From the IMG/VR virus record IMGVR_UViG_3300028800_000073, positions 15,825-79,824 of that record: a stretch of DNA of 64,000 nt, one strand, 5' to 3'. The notes below the pieces were generated by a model. It searched no databases. It was not told the origin of the DNA and saw only the letters and a program-made list of their open reading frames with translations. Below are positions 38,359 to 47,509 of this stretch, in pieces. The translations under genes were made by a program, and so were the position numbers. Every line of letters starts with the position of its first letter. The first letter of the stretch is position 1. This DNA comes from a virus.

Positions 38359-38567
38359 CAGCCTGTTTTGACGAATCTTCTGTATCGCTCGTCGAAACAG
38401 TACTTACTACAGAATATCGCGGCATCAAACAGCCAGATGGCTGCGAGAATAGCGATACCCCCAACAAAGGCGTGCCACAGCATATCGAGGATTCCCGACA
38501 ACTGAAGGGCAGCGATGATAACTAAGATACCTGATATCACCGAGATGATTTTCTTGAATTGGTTCAT
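38355..38567 (-). CDS. small two-TM membrane protein
   Basis: 70 aa, two hydrophobic segments, GAGG RBS. Confidence 0.6.
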   Translation of the reverse strand: MNQFKKIISVISGILVIIAALQLSGILDMLWHAFVGGIAILAAIWLFDAAIFCSKYCFDERYRRFVKTGC

Positions 38568-38576
38568 AAATACCTC

Positions 38577-38643
38577 AGCCGTTAATGTAAGTGATCTCAG
38601 CTACACGGCTTAGCTGAATCACATAGTGTCCGCGCAGACACTA
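38577..38643. promoter_or_regulatory. structured divergent intergenic element (two hairpins, possible pseudoknot)
   Basis: GTGAT-C-TCAGCTA/TAGCTGA-ATCAC (38591-38622); TAGTGTC/GACACTA (38624-38643); loop 38605-10 complementary to 38577-82. Confidence 0.45.
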
Positions 38644-38668
38644 ATACTCTTGCTTTTTAAGGTATTGT

Positions 38669-40390
38669 GTGTATGACGCAGTAGTGAATACCAAAGAGTT
38701 CCTGCAACACCTCAACTCTGTGCTCCAGCGGGATCCCAATGGTAGTATCGTTCCGTTGCTACCGCTGATCTTCAGGTTGAAGAACAAGCCGTATAGCTTG
38801 GACTACAGCCACTTCATGTTTGAGCCGTTGTACCACCTGAAGAACATTCCACGACGCATGGTCTGGAAGACGGCACGTCAGTGTAGTAAGAGTACCTCGC
38901 TAGCAGCCTCACAGATCTCTATGGCTGCCTTAATTCCGCACTTTAACCAGTTGACGGTCACTCCGCTCTATGAACAGGTAAGACGCTTCAGTCAGAACTA
39001 TGTCCGACCGTTTATCTCGTCGTCCCCTTTCAGGGACTCCCTATTTAGAGGGGAGGCGAATATCGACAACGTCTTGCAGCGCACTCTAGCGAATATGTCG
39101 AGTCTGTTCTACGGTTATTCACAAGGCGATCCAGATCGGCTTCGTGGTCTCAACCTTGACGCCATTCTCGCTGACGAAGTCGCTGACCTCGATATATCTG
39201 ACCTACCAGTCATTGAAGCTGGTATGTCGGCATCACCGTACAAGTTAGTCAAGTATGCCGGTACACCTAAAACACTGGATAACACTCTAAGCCTTCTATG
39301 GGAGGATAGCTCCCAGGGAATCTGGCACATTCCGTGTCACAACTCCGCTAAACCATGTAATCACCTGAACCGTTGTAGTGTACCCGGTGATCTCCTGGAG
39401 ATGGTTGGGGACAGCACATTGGTCTGTGCGGTTTGCAAGCATCCCATCGATAGTCGTCTTGGGAGGTTCATCCATGACTTCCCCAGTAGAGTTGATTCAT
39501 TTGCGGGCTACCACGTTAGTCAGCCCATTTTGCCGATGCACTATGATTTGACAAAGAACTGGAAAATCATCACTGACTTCCGCAAAGAAAAGCCACTCTA
39601 TTCCTTTTATAACGAGATCCTTGGTCTAGCTTTTGATACAGGATCGAAGTTAGTAACAGCGGATCAACTTAGGGTAGCGGCTGTAGCACCGGCTGTTGAG
39701 CCTGAGATGACACATATGATCCCGTCTATTATGACTACTGTTGGTATAGACTTTGGCGGTCGAGGCAGGGAGAAGTCTACCGATAATGATGACTTCATCA
39801 GTAACACTGCAATGGCGATTGCTAACTTAACTCCAAACGGGGTTATTGATATCTCGTACTTGTATAAAGTACCATACAGCGTTGATCCAACGTCAGAAAC
39901 CGAAATAGCTGTACATATTGCACAGGCTAGCAGAGCCGCCTATATTGCCCTGGATTACGGGGGTCAAGGAAATGTTCAGGAGTCGCTGATCCGCAGCCGA
40001 GGTTGGCCAGAGGAGAAAATCGTACCATTTACGTACGCCGTTATGGCACCGTCAAAACCTATTGTCTTTTTTAACCCGCCACAAGTACGCGGAGTACGTT
40101 CTAGTTATACCCTTGATAAACCACGCAGCCTCTTGCTACTCTGTGAATTGGTTAAGCGAGGGATGGTGAGACTTCCTAATGACCCGAAATACCTCGATGA
40201 TCACCTGAAGGACTTCCTGAACTTAATCGAAGAGTCCATGGACAATCCTAGAGGCTCTCCTAGGCGCTTAGTTAAGAGAGCCTCTCGCAGGACGGATGAC
40301 GTTGTAATGGCTATAAATTACGCTGTAATGGCGATTTATCATGCTGTAGGCTGGCCGGAACTCGCATCCGCTTTCGTTGAAGCGGAATGA
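38669..40390 (+). CDS. terminase large subunit (GpA-like)
   Basis: TARQCSKST Walker A, ILADE Walker B, GTPKT, Zn ribbon, nuclease GIDFG / LDYG / DDVVMA. Confidence 0.85.
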   Translation: MYDAVVNTKEFLQHLNSVLQRDPNGSIVPLLPLIFRLKNKPYSLDYSHFMFEPLYHLKNIPRRMVWKTARQCSKSTSLAASQISMAALIPHFNQLTVTPLYEQVRRFSQNYVRPFISSSPFRDSLFRGEANIDNVLQRTLANMSSLFYGYSQGDPDRLRGLNLDAILADEVADLDISDLPVIEAGMSASPYKLVKYAGTPKTLDNTLSLLWEDSSQGIWHIPCHNSAKPCNHLNRCSVPGDLLEMVGDSTLVCAVCKHPIDSRLGRFIHDFPSRVDSFAGYHVSQPILPMHYDLTKNWKIITDFRKEKPLYSFYNEILGLAFDTGSKLVTADQLRVAAVAPAVEPEMTHMIPSIMTTVGIDFGGRGREKSTDNDDFISNTAMAIANLTPNGVIDISYLYKVPYSVDPTSETEIAVHIAQASRAAYIALDYGGQGNVQESLIRSRGWPEEKIVPFTYAVMAPSKPIVFFNPPQVRGVRSSYTLDKPRSLLLLCELVKRGMVRLPNDPKYLDDHLKDFLNLIEESMDNPRGSPRRLVKRASRRTDDVVMAINYAVMAIYHAVGWPELASAFVEAE

Positions 40391-41034
40391 TGAAGTGGCT
40401 TCACAAGCGCGTCTTTTAAGGACATGCCGTACTTCTTTATGCGCCTCCATACAGTTGGATAAGCTAACTTACTATACTTCTTGACTATATCCTGAAGTAT
40501 TAGCCTTTCCCCGTTAAACTCGTAATGAACATTAGTTCGCCTATTTCGGGACTGCTCTTTATCGGTACTCCACTTGCAGTTATCTTTTGTGTAGTCCCCA
40601 TCATTGTCAATTCTATCTAGAGTTCGGTCATTTTTATAGGACGCTATCATATCATTATAGAAGTTAATAAAGGTATGCCAGTCTTTGCATACCTTTATTC
40701 CACGACCACCATAATTATGGTAAGCATCATGGTTTTCCATATAGCAGCGACGATGCATCCCATTCCATATCCTATGAAGCCTAGTATTACTTAAACCGTG
40801 AACTCGGCTCATGGTATTACCAAGCATATCTTCTTTGTGCTTACAACCGCAGGACTGCCTATTTCTACGTCTCAAGCATGTACCGGCGATGGACACCTCT
40901 TTACCACAGGAGCACTTACACAGCCAATAATACATTCGGTTCTTAGTACCGTCTTTGTTAAACCGGTCTGGCGCCCTCCCAGTAACCGTTAGTCTTCCGA
41001 AAACAGCGCTAGTTAAATCGAACTCTTTACTCAA
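40339..41034 (-). CDS. HNH homing endonuclease (start revised to TTG 41034)
   Basis: FGRLTV...WLCKCSCG...SCGC; HGLSNTRLHRIWNGM; YGGRGIKVC; TLDRIDNDGDYTKDNCKW. Confidence 0.85.
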   Translation of the reverse strand: MSKEFDLTSAVFGRLTVTGRAPDRFNKDGTKNRMYYWLCKCSCGKEVSIAGTCLRRRNRQSCGCKHKEDMLGNTMSRVHGLSNTRLHRIWNGMHRRCYMENHDAYHNYGGRGIKVCKDWHTFINFYNDMIASYKNDRTLDRIDNDGDYTKDNCKWSTDKEQSRNRRTNVHYEFNGERLILQDIVKKYSKLAYPTVWRRIKKYGMSLKDALVKPLHHSASTKADASSGQPTA

Positions 41035-41320
41035 GTTTCCCCTCCATGACTTCTCCACAGGTGATGTCCAGGCACTCCTGGTTCTTACTGTGGAAGTGTC
41101 GACTAACATGTGAACCATAGGCTAAGCATTTCTCGTCCCAACCGTCACCTAGCCCAGGCTGCGCCACGAATGCTTGAGCCTCCCAGTCGTCTGATATCAA
41201 GTCTTCTTCCCATTCGCTAACGTTTTGCTCGGCCCACTTCTCAGCAATCTCTGGAGAGGCAGCTGCAACATAAATAACGGCTCGACGCTCACATACTACT
41301 TTGAATAGCTTTTTACTCAT
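41027..41320 (-). CDS. hypothetical protein
   Basis: 97-aa coupled ORF. Confidence 0.55.
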   Translation of the reverse strand: MSKKLFKVVCERRAVIYVAAASPEIAEKWAEQNVSEWEEDLISDDWEAQAFVAQPGLGDGWDEKCLAYGSHVSRHFHSKNQECLDITCGEVMEGKLE

Positions 41321-41523
41321 CAGATCTCCTTGATAGCATCTGCGATATCATTTCCGAGTTGTCTTACACGTTCTAGGTGCCGCTCGACTTCTTCCTCGGT
41401 GTAACAGGAAGCACAATGGGAGTCGCGGCATTTATAGCCGTGACACTCAGTCCTTTCCGTGGGGATCATGTAATATGCCCTTTTCAATAATTCCCCTAGA
41501 CGTGCTGGTAGAGGATCACTCAT
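41320..41523 (-). CDS. small Cys/His-rich protein
   Basis: CHGYKCRDSHCASC. Confidence 0.5.
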   Translation of the reverse strand: MSDPLPARLGELLKRAYYMIPTERTECHGYKCRDSHCASCYTEEEVERHLERVRQLGNDIADAIKEI

Positions 41524-41749
41524 CGGACTTCACTAGGTTAAGGAGATCATCGCAGTACCCACGGGCAGCATTCGCCTTGACGATTGCTGTACGGGCATCT
41601 GGGAAGTCACCTGATGGCCTGTTCTCTGAAATACTCGCTAGAAGCCCTATAGCTTCGTCCAGATGCTGCCTGGCTTGACTAACTAGATCAAGTTCATCCT
41701 CGCTCGGGATAGTTACGTCCCGAGGAGGTCTTTTTACTTCATTGGCCAT
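41516..41749 (-). CDS. hypothetical protein
   Basis: 77-aa coupled ORF. Confidence 0.5.
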   Translation of the reverse strand: MANEVKRPPRDVTIPSEDELDLVSQARQHLDEAIGLLASISENRPSGDFPDARTAIVKANAARGYCDDLLNLVKSDE

Positions 41750-42285
41750 TAGTCTTTATCCACAAACAGTGGTTTAGCGTAGCGCTGAGCCTGGAGATAT
41801 CCTTCTAGATCCGCCTGTAACTTGGAGACGACCTCATCGAGACGCTCGGTGTTAATAACGAGTTTGTTATCAATAATGAACTTAGCCATAGTCTCGCCGT
41901 CATGGAAATTGAGATCGACATTGCTATCGTGGATCCGCAGGCTGGCTTTATCGTCACAGAACGACGCTTCTAGACCGTGATACTCATCATACATCAATTT
42001 CTTGAATTCAATGAGCTTACTATCACGGACATCCTCTAAACGGGTACCTAACCAGAACTTTGTAGTTGAGGCGTACCAGTTGTAGTTAGCTAGGGCTCCA
42101 GTAGCTAGGATGACTTTACCGAGCCCCTTATCAAGCTTACGCTGTAGGTTAATCCGCTTAGAGTACAAGCGCTTCTCTTGTTCCTCCGTTTTCCTGATGT
42201 CCTTCAATAAAGCCATGCTCCTAGAAAGAAGCTTAGAACGAGGATTCGTAGACTTCATCTTCAACCTCGACTGGTTCCGGTTCAT
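41749..42285 (-). CDS. hypothetical protein
   Basis: 178-aa ORF. Confidence 0.55.
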   Translation of the reverse strand: MNRNQSRLKMKSTNPRSKLLSRSMALLKDIRKTEEQEKRLYSKRINLQRKLDKGLGKVILATGALANYNWYASTTKFWLGTRLEDVRDSKLIEFKKLMYDEYHGLEASFCDDKASLRIHDSNVDLNFHDGETMAKFIIDNKLVINTERLDEVVSKLQADLEGYLQAQRYAKPLFVDKD

Positions 42286-42514
42286 CCTCAGTCAGAATGG
42301 CTTGAGCGGCCTTATGGGCGCGGATCATGTGATCTCTGGATGGGCTACACCGAATAGCCTCGAATACCTCATCGGGGACATACAGCGATTCTGGATCGAA
42401 ATTGTCGACGTAGTACTTCACTAGGAAGGGATGCGTCACCGGTAATAGCTTCGGGATGTCTATTGTACGGACATCAACGATGTCGATTGCAGAGTCGAAG
42501 ATCTTGGTGCTCAT
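42233..42514 (-). CDS. hypothetical protein
   Basis: 93-aa ORF. Confidence 0.5.
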   Translation of the reverse strand: MSTKIFDSAIDIVDVRTIDIPKLLPVTHPFLVKYYVDNFDPESLYVPDEVFEAIRCSPSRDHMIRAHKAAQAILTEDEPEPVEVEDEVYESSF

Positions 42515-42753
42515 GAGAGTTTCTTTTGAACGTAGTTAACGGACTTCTCTTCACCGAAAATCGACAGGACCGGTACTAACTTGTAAATGATGAATGGAGC
42601 ATTGTGGTCTTCTATATTAAGCTCCTCATCAATACATGCCTTGGCTAGCTCAATGGCTGAATCTAGGTCGGGGTGTACCGTAACGCCGTCTGTAATAGAC
42701 CGCTCTTGGGATCCACCACAAACGACGAATTGTTCGTCTTTCTTAGTGGCCAT
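42511..42753 (-). CDS. small protein, YKLVPV paralog 1
   Basis: A...AK...L......IYKLVPVL shared with next two ORFs. Confidence 0.6.
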   Translation of the reverse strand: MATKKDEQFVVCGGSQERSITDGVTVHPDLDSAIELAKACIDEELNIEDHNAPFIIYKLVPVLSIFGEEKSVNYVQKKLS

Positions 42754-43019
42754 TAGAGTTTCTTCTCGATGAACCTGACGCCGTCGTTTACAGCCGAAAT
42801 CTCTAGAACTGGTACCAGCTTGTAGATGACGTAGGGCGTCGAATTTATACCGGGGTCAATGATGTCGGCCTCAAGTTTATCCTTGGCACTCCCAACGGCG
42901 TCGCTGAACCTGTCGTGTAGCGATGCGGTATCTAAATCGTTATTACTATCGGTACCAGTCAAATGGTGTTGTGATACCAGAAATACACCGAAATCATCCG
43001 CAACGGTCTTCTTGGCCAT
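42753..43019 (-). CDS. small protein, YKLVPV paralog 2
   Basis: YVIYKLVPVL. Confidence 0.6.
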   Translation of the reverse strand: MAKKTVADDFGVFLVSQHHLTGTDSNNDLDTASLHDRFSDAVGSAKDKLEADIIDPGINSTPYVIYKLVPVLEISAVNDGVRFIEKKL

Positions 43020-43020
43020 G

Positions 43021-43263
43021 TTACTCGAACTTCCGTTCAGTGATCTCTAGATCAGGCAACTCGCCGTGCATAATAGTAACGGGTACCAACTTATAGATGT
43101 AGACATCCATGTCAGTTTCCCCTTGCTCACTGAATTGATATTCCAATTCCTCTTTAGCGTCTTGTTTAGCCTTTTTAAGGTTTGCAAAAACCGCATCGAC
43201 GTCAATACCACCATCTACGTCTAATGGGTTCCTAGTAACGATAAACATCTCTTTAGCAGTCAC
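43021..43263 (-). CDS. small protein, YKLVPV paralog 3
   Basis: VYIYKLVPVT. Confidence 0.6.
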   Translation of the reverse strand: MTAKEMFIVTRNPLDVDGGIDVDAVFANLKKAKQDAKEELEYQFSEQGETDMDVYIYKLVPVTIMHGELPDLEITERKFE

Positions 43264-43271
43264 GGTGTTCC

Positions 43272-43712
43272 TTAGTATTTGAGGAAGTTATTAGCTTCCT
43301 CTTCGGTGATATACTTGATACGGGGATTCGTGTACGTACACTCAGCATCCGTCTCCGGGCCGTCCATTGTCTCGTAGTGGTCCCATACGATTGAGACGTC
43401 AATAACGACTTCAGCAAAGAATTCACCGCCACGTGGTTCCTGAAATACGTCTTCGAGGATGTCATCGATGTCGTTCTCGAATTCCTCATCGATCCAGTCA
43501 TACGTTAGATCCGAGAGGAATCCCCCGGTGAAGTGTTCCTGGAAGTACACCTCATAGTCTCTGTTACCCTCACTATCAATATAACTATGAATGATCCAGC
43601 GCAGTACAGCGCTGTGCTCAGGCTTTGGCGCAGGCATTTTTCTCGTCGCTCCATCCATATGAGAGGTCCCACCACATGAATTCTTGGTCACACTTGCTCT
43701 TAGACCATCCAA
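43272..43712 (-). CDS. acidic hypothetical protein (true start probably downstream at MPAPK)
   Basis: Acidic ORF in operon. Confidence 0.5.
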   Translation of the reverse strand: MDGLRASVTKNSCGGTSHMDGATRKMPAPKPEHSAVLRWIIHSYIDSEGNRDYEVYFQEHFTGGFLSDLTYDWIDEEFENDIDDILEDVFQEPRGGEFFAEVVIDVSIVWDHYETMDGPETDAECTYTNPRIKYITEEEANNFLKY

Positions 43713-43884
43713 GACGCTTCTTCAGATGAGCAGTAAACCACTTCTTAAACGATGTCCGCTGCTTATCGGTCCAGGTATGCTGGGTGTACCACTTCTCGGT
43801 CTTACAGTACTCCGGGGAGTAGGTAAGCCCAACGATCTTGAATTGCTTAGTCATTAATTCATCTATGATAGCTCGATCAACCAT
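43618..43884 (-). CDS. hypothetical protein
   Basis: 88 aa, Trp-rich, AAGGA RBS. Confidence 0.55.
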   Translation of the reverse strand: MVDRAIIDELMTKQFKIVGLTYSPEYCKTEKWYTQHTWTDKQRTSFKKWFTAHLKKRLGWSKSKCDQEFMWWDLSYGWSDEKNACAKA

Positions 43885-43946
43885 GCTTGGTCCTTGTGGG
43901 GTATATACCTTATATGAAAGACAATACTCAGTGATAGCATCCCAGC

Positions 43947-45785
43947 ATGTTTAAACATCTTACTGGTCTATCCAACTACGTCGTATCCACCATTGTCTCG
44001 GCTAAGCGATTGATGCTTTTTGCACTCATCGCCTTAACAATGCTCGCCCCAGCTAAAGCGGATGCTGCTGTGTCTACGTGGGTAGCGGCCGGTAGTACAA
44101 GTAACTTCAGCGATAACCTCAATTGGGATGCGCCGCCAACACCGGATTGCGACTTAGTCTTCGCAGCTAACGCTTTCGCTTCTAAGGGAGCACCAGTTAA
44201 CGATCTCGTTGGGCTAGACGTTAACGCTATCAACATCTATGAGGCCTATAACATCACTGGTAACGCTATTACCTGCAAGGTCATCAACGATAACAACGCA
44301 ACCATTGCTACAGTCAACCTACCGATTAGCACCTTTGGATCGGCAGTACTGACTGTTACGGTAACCACTGCTGGAGCAACTCTTAACCTCCCCGGCATCC
44401 TGTCCGGTGCTGGCCCGGCTACCTACGGTGGTCCCGGTACTACGCGTCTCTGCGGTACAGTTAATAACACTTTGTCCGGTCTGACAAGTGTAGCCATGGG
44501 CAACCTACTCATCGATAGCGCTGCTCCAGAGGCTATCGCGGGGCCAATGATCATCGATAGCGGTGCTATAGCGACTATCAAAACTGCCCCAGGTATCAAG
44601 AACTCAGTAGCAGTCATCGTCAATGGAACCCTCGATCTATCGCCTGCCGTAGGCAATGAGGGTACCGATACTGAGACCATAGGGGGCTTATCAGGAAACG
44701 GGGTAGTCAATCTTGGTGCAGCCACCTTAGGTTGTACCGCTCAAGCCAGCCCGACTAACTACCTAGGTAGTTTCATCGGAACCGGTAGTTTTCGCCAATC
44801 CATCAGTGGCACACAGATCCTTAGTGGAAACGCCTCGTCGAGTACGGGACCAACTGTCGTGGCTGGTGGTGAACTCCATATATGGGGCGTACAAACTGCC
44901 TCTCCAGTGGTTGTCACTTCAGGAACACTCCTACTGGCTAACGATAGTTCTGTCGGTGATGTCACTCTTAGCGGTGGTAGTGTACTAACGTTTGATGAGA
45001 CCATCACTGCGATGAACCTGCATAGTACTACGCCTAATCTTGTTGTAGGTAACGGGTCTACCTTTCATGTCACGACTCGGGGTGCTCCTCCAACGTTGTA
45101 CTCATACGTTACAACGGGATCCGCTGATGTTAGCGGTGCTCTGCTTACTATTGATACTACAACGTACGCCCCGGCGCCGAACGCTGTTATGATTATCATC
45201 GAGAATACCGGTGCTCCAGTTGTCGGTACGTTCTTGGGATTACCTGAAAACTCACAAGTAGCATCCTCAACGGATCCCACTGTGATCTTTACCATAAGCT
45301 ATATCGGTGGTACCGGTAATAGCGTCACCTTAACCAGGGGGCTCCCGATTGCTGATGTAACGCCACCGGTTATATCAGCTATTACCACAAACACCCTTAC
45401 CGTTAGTTCTACCAAGGTTTCTTGGTTAACCAATGAGGCCAGCGATACCCAGGTCCAATACGGCCTGACCAATGCCTATGGAACAGCAACAACCCTCAGC
45501 GCTGCTGCGGTTCTAACGCACAGTGCTACAATCGTCGGACTAGTTCCAGATACGATCTACCATTTCCGAGTGCTTAGCCGCGACTCCTCGGGAAACCTAG
45601 CAACCAGCGTTGATGGTACCTTTAAGTCAGCCGCCCCCGCACCTGTAGTACAGAATGACCCCAATACTGGTCGCAAGGACCAGTTCCAAGACGCCGTAGG
45701 TGGCTGTGGGGCCGGTGCTGCCGGCGTCTTGCTACTGGGGATGCTGTTCTCGCTACAAATGCGTGGGCGCAAGTCTAGACGCTAA
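43947..45785 (+). CDS. secreted surface protein: autotransporter-associated beta-strand repeats, FN3-like domain, C-terminal GGCG-TM-basic sorting signal
   Basis: Signal peptide ending AKADA; G.GT..LSG.N..SG.T.V..G.L repeats; YIGGTGNSVTL; DVTPPVIS...W.T.E..D.QV.YG...GL.PDT.YHFRV; ends GGCGAGAAGVLLLGMLFSLQMRGRKSRR. Confidence 0.8.
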   Translation: MFKHLTGLSNYVVSTIVSAKRLMLFALIALTMLAPAKADAAVSTWVAAGSTSNFSDNLNWDAPPTPDCDLVFAANAFASKGAPVNDLVGLDVNAINIYEAYNITGNAITCKVINDNNATIATVNLPISTFGSAVLTVTVTTAGATLNLPGILSGAGPATYGGPGTTRLCGTVNNTLSGLTSVAMGNLLIDSAAPEAIAGPMIIDSGAIATIKTAPGIKNSVAVIVNGTLDLSPAVGNEGTDTETIGGLSGNGVVNLGAATLGCTAQASPTNYLGSFIGTGSFRQSISGTQILSGNASSSTGPTVVAGGELHIWGVQTASPVVVTSGTLLLANDSSVGDVTLSGGSVLTFDETITAMNLHSTTPNLVVGNGSTFHVTTRGAPPTLYSYVTTGSADVSGALLTIDTTTYAPAPNAVMIIIENTGAPVVGTFLGLPENSQVASSTDPTVIFTISYIGGTGNSVTLTRGLPIADVTPPVISAITTNTLTVSSTKVSWLTNEASDTQVQYGLTNAYGTATTLSAAAVLTHSATIVGLVPDTIYHFRVLSRDSSGNLATSVDGTFKSAAPAPVVQNDPNTGRKDQFQDAVGGCGAGAAGVLLLGMLFSLQMRGRKSRR

Positions 45786-46043
45786 CTATACTACGCAGCC
45801 GAACCTATCGAATACAGCACGCTTACGCTTTATTCGATAGGTTTCATTACTATTGTTGCCGCTTATAGAAAGGATGGTCCAGCTTTTGTCCCTGGGTGTC
45901 TGCACATGCTGAACCCCCTCTGTGCCATCCAAGAAGTCTAGGGCACAGATAAAGCCTTCTCTGAACTCCCGGTTACAGTTATCCAATTCCACCATCGTTA
46001 ATCCGCTCATTAATGCCGCATGCGGATCTTTACTCATCATCAC
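45786..46043 (-). CDS. hypothetical protein
   Basis: 85-aa ORF. Confidence 0.5.
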   Translation of the reverse strand: MMMSKDPHAALMSGLTMVELDNCNREFREGFICALDFLDGTEGVQHVQTPRDKSWTILSISGNNSNETYRIKRKRAVFDRFGCVV

Positions 46044-47229
46044 CCTTAGCCGCCAAATAGGCCTTCGAGCGGTACTTCAGAATCAGACGACCGCCGAGTT
46101 CTTCGGAGCGCTGTTCCACCATGGGGTGGATAACGATACCCTCTTCGAGACAGTTCCCCTTCTTGTTGAGGATGCTCTTCTGTTCAGCAGCCTTCTCGAC
46201 TGATGGCAGACTCAGGTACTTCAGCCACTCCGATAGCTTGATGTTCTGGGCCAGTATCGGTACCAAGTACTGCGTGTAACCGAATCCAGTTAGTACATGA
46301 TTGATCTCATCGATATTAAGGAACTTGTCCCCGACTCTGATATCGAAGATGTAGCCCTTGTACTCGTCGAACCCATAAATGTTGCCGCTGATACCACTAG
46401 TACCCTTATTCGAACCACAGGCCTCAAAATAGACAAGGGCGTCTTCACCGGATCCCAAATGAAGCTTCTTAGCTAGATCAATGAATCCATGGGATTCAGC
46501 GATCTGCCATAGCGGATTGTTCTTGTCTTTCTCAATGGTGAACCGCCGCTGGTTCACGTAGATCTTACCTTTACGGCATAGCACCGCTGCGTTCTGGCCT
46601 TCAACCTTTAGTGAGATCCAGACTTCCTTGTCCATAAGGGACTCAGTGAGTTCCTTATAGCGGTTGCAGCCCTCGATGTCGTAAACAGGCAACCCAAGTG
46701 TATTTAGGGGAATCAATACGCCGGGGGGCTTGCCGTAGAGCCACTTCGTGAAGCTGTAGCCAAACAGGGAGCGCAAAATCTTCTTATGCCAGGGCCAACG
46801 CTTGGTACGGCGATCCTGCTGCTCCGGTGTGTCCTTGATCTCGTTCTTACTCTCGGGATCGTGCTTCGTAATGCCCAGGAACTCCGTGATTTGTTCTGGA
46901 GTGGGGTTCTTCTTCTTAGCCAGGAGATCCTTGATCAAAGATAGATCAGTAGCGATGCCCTGGGAATAGGTACCTTTCAACTTGATGGTCTTCACACGAT
47001 TTTTGGCGTGACCACCGAGCTTGCCCTGAAGACCCATCTTCTCTAGAACTGCGTCGGGGACAATGGCGTCTAAGGGAATGTAGACACATTCATCACCGAC
47101 TTGGAATTGATCTTTAAGTACAACGAACGACAGGTCCATGCCCTTGAGCGTGGCCTTGACGATCTTGTCGGCACCCTTGATGGGTTCAATGGCACCGATG
47201 GTTTCTTTAGTTACTGCGAAGAACGACAT
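46030..47229 (-). CDS. RNA ligase, DRB0094/Rnl2-like with N-terminal OB fold
   Basis: IEPIKGADKI...CVYIP.DA...RVKTIKLKG.YSQG; motif I LKVEGQN; YFEACG; IFDI; EEGIV; LKYRS. Confidence 0.85.
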   Translation of the reverse strand: MSFFAVTKETIGAIEPIKGADKIVKATLKGMDLSFVVLKDQFQVGDECVYIPLDAIVPDAVLEKMGLQGKLGGHAKNRVKTIKLKGTYSQGIATDLSLIKDLLAKKKNPTPEQITEFLGITKHDPESKNEIKDTPEQQDRRTKRWPWHKKILRSLFGYSFTKWLYGKPPGVLIPLNTLGLPVYDIEGCNRYKELTESLMDKEVWISLKVEGQNAAVLCRKGKIYVNQRRFTIEKDKNNPLWQIAESHGFIDLAKKLHLGSGEDALVYFEACGSNKGTSGISGNIYGFDEYKGYIFDIRVGDKFLNIDEINHVLTGFGYTQYLVPILAQNIKLSEWLKYLSLPSVEKAAEQKSILNKKGNCLEEGIVIHPMVEQRSEELGGRLILKYRSKAYLAAKGDDE

Positions 47230-47230
47230 A

Positions 47231-47509
47231 TTATGCGTCTCTCTTTTGGATTTTCTTATTGAACGAGGCTATTTGCCTCTTGGTTTTGGGGTACAAGTCA
47301 TTGTCACGACACAAATGTTGATGTTGATATGCCAAATTGCATACCCGGCAGCCATGATCCTTGTTGCCTTCCCATGGTGGTGTTCCATCGGAGTTTCCAA
47401 AGGATCCGTTACAGCAATTGTTCCCGCATTCCGGACATGTGATATGGGCACCGCACTGACTGCACCACGACCATAGGAATAGGTTGTAAACCGCTTTACT
47501 CTCCGCCAT
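47231..47509 (-). CDS. Cys-rich small protein
   Basis: CSQC..CPECGNNCCNG..CRVC. Confidence 0.55.
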   Translation of the reverse strand: MAESKAVYNLFLWSWCSQCGAHITCPECGNNCCNGSFGNSDGTPPWEGNKDHGCRVCNLAYQHQHLCRDNDLYPKTKRQIASFNKKIQKRDA

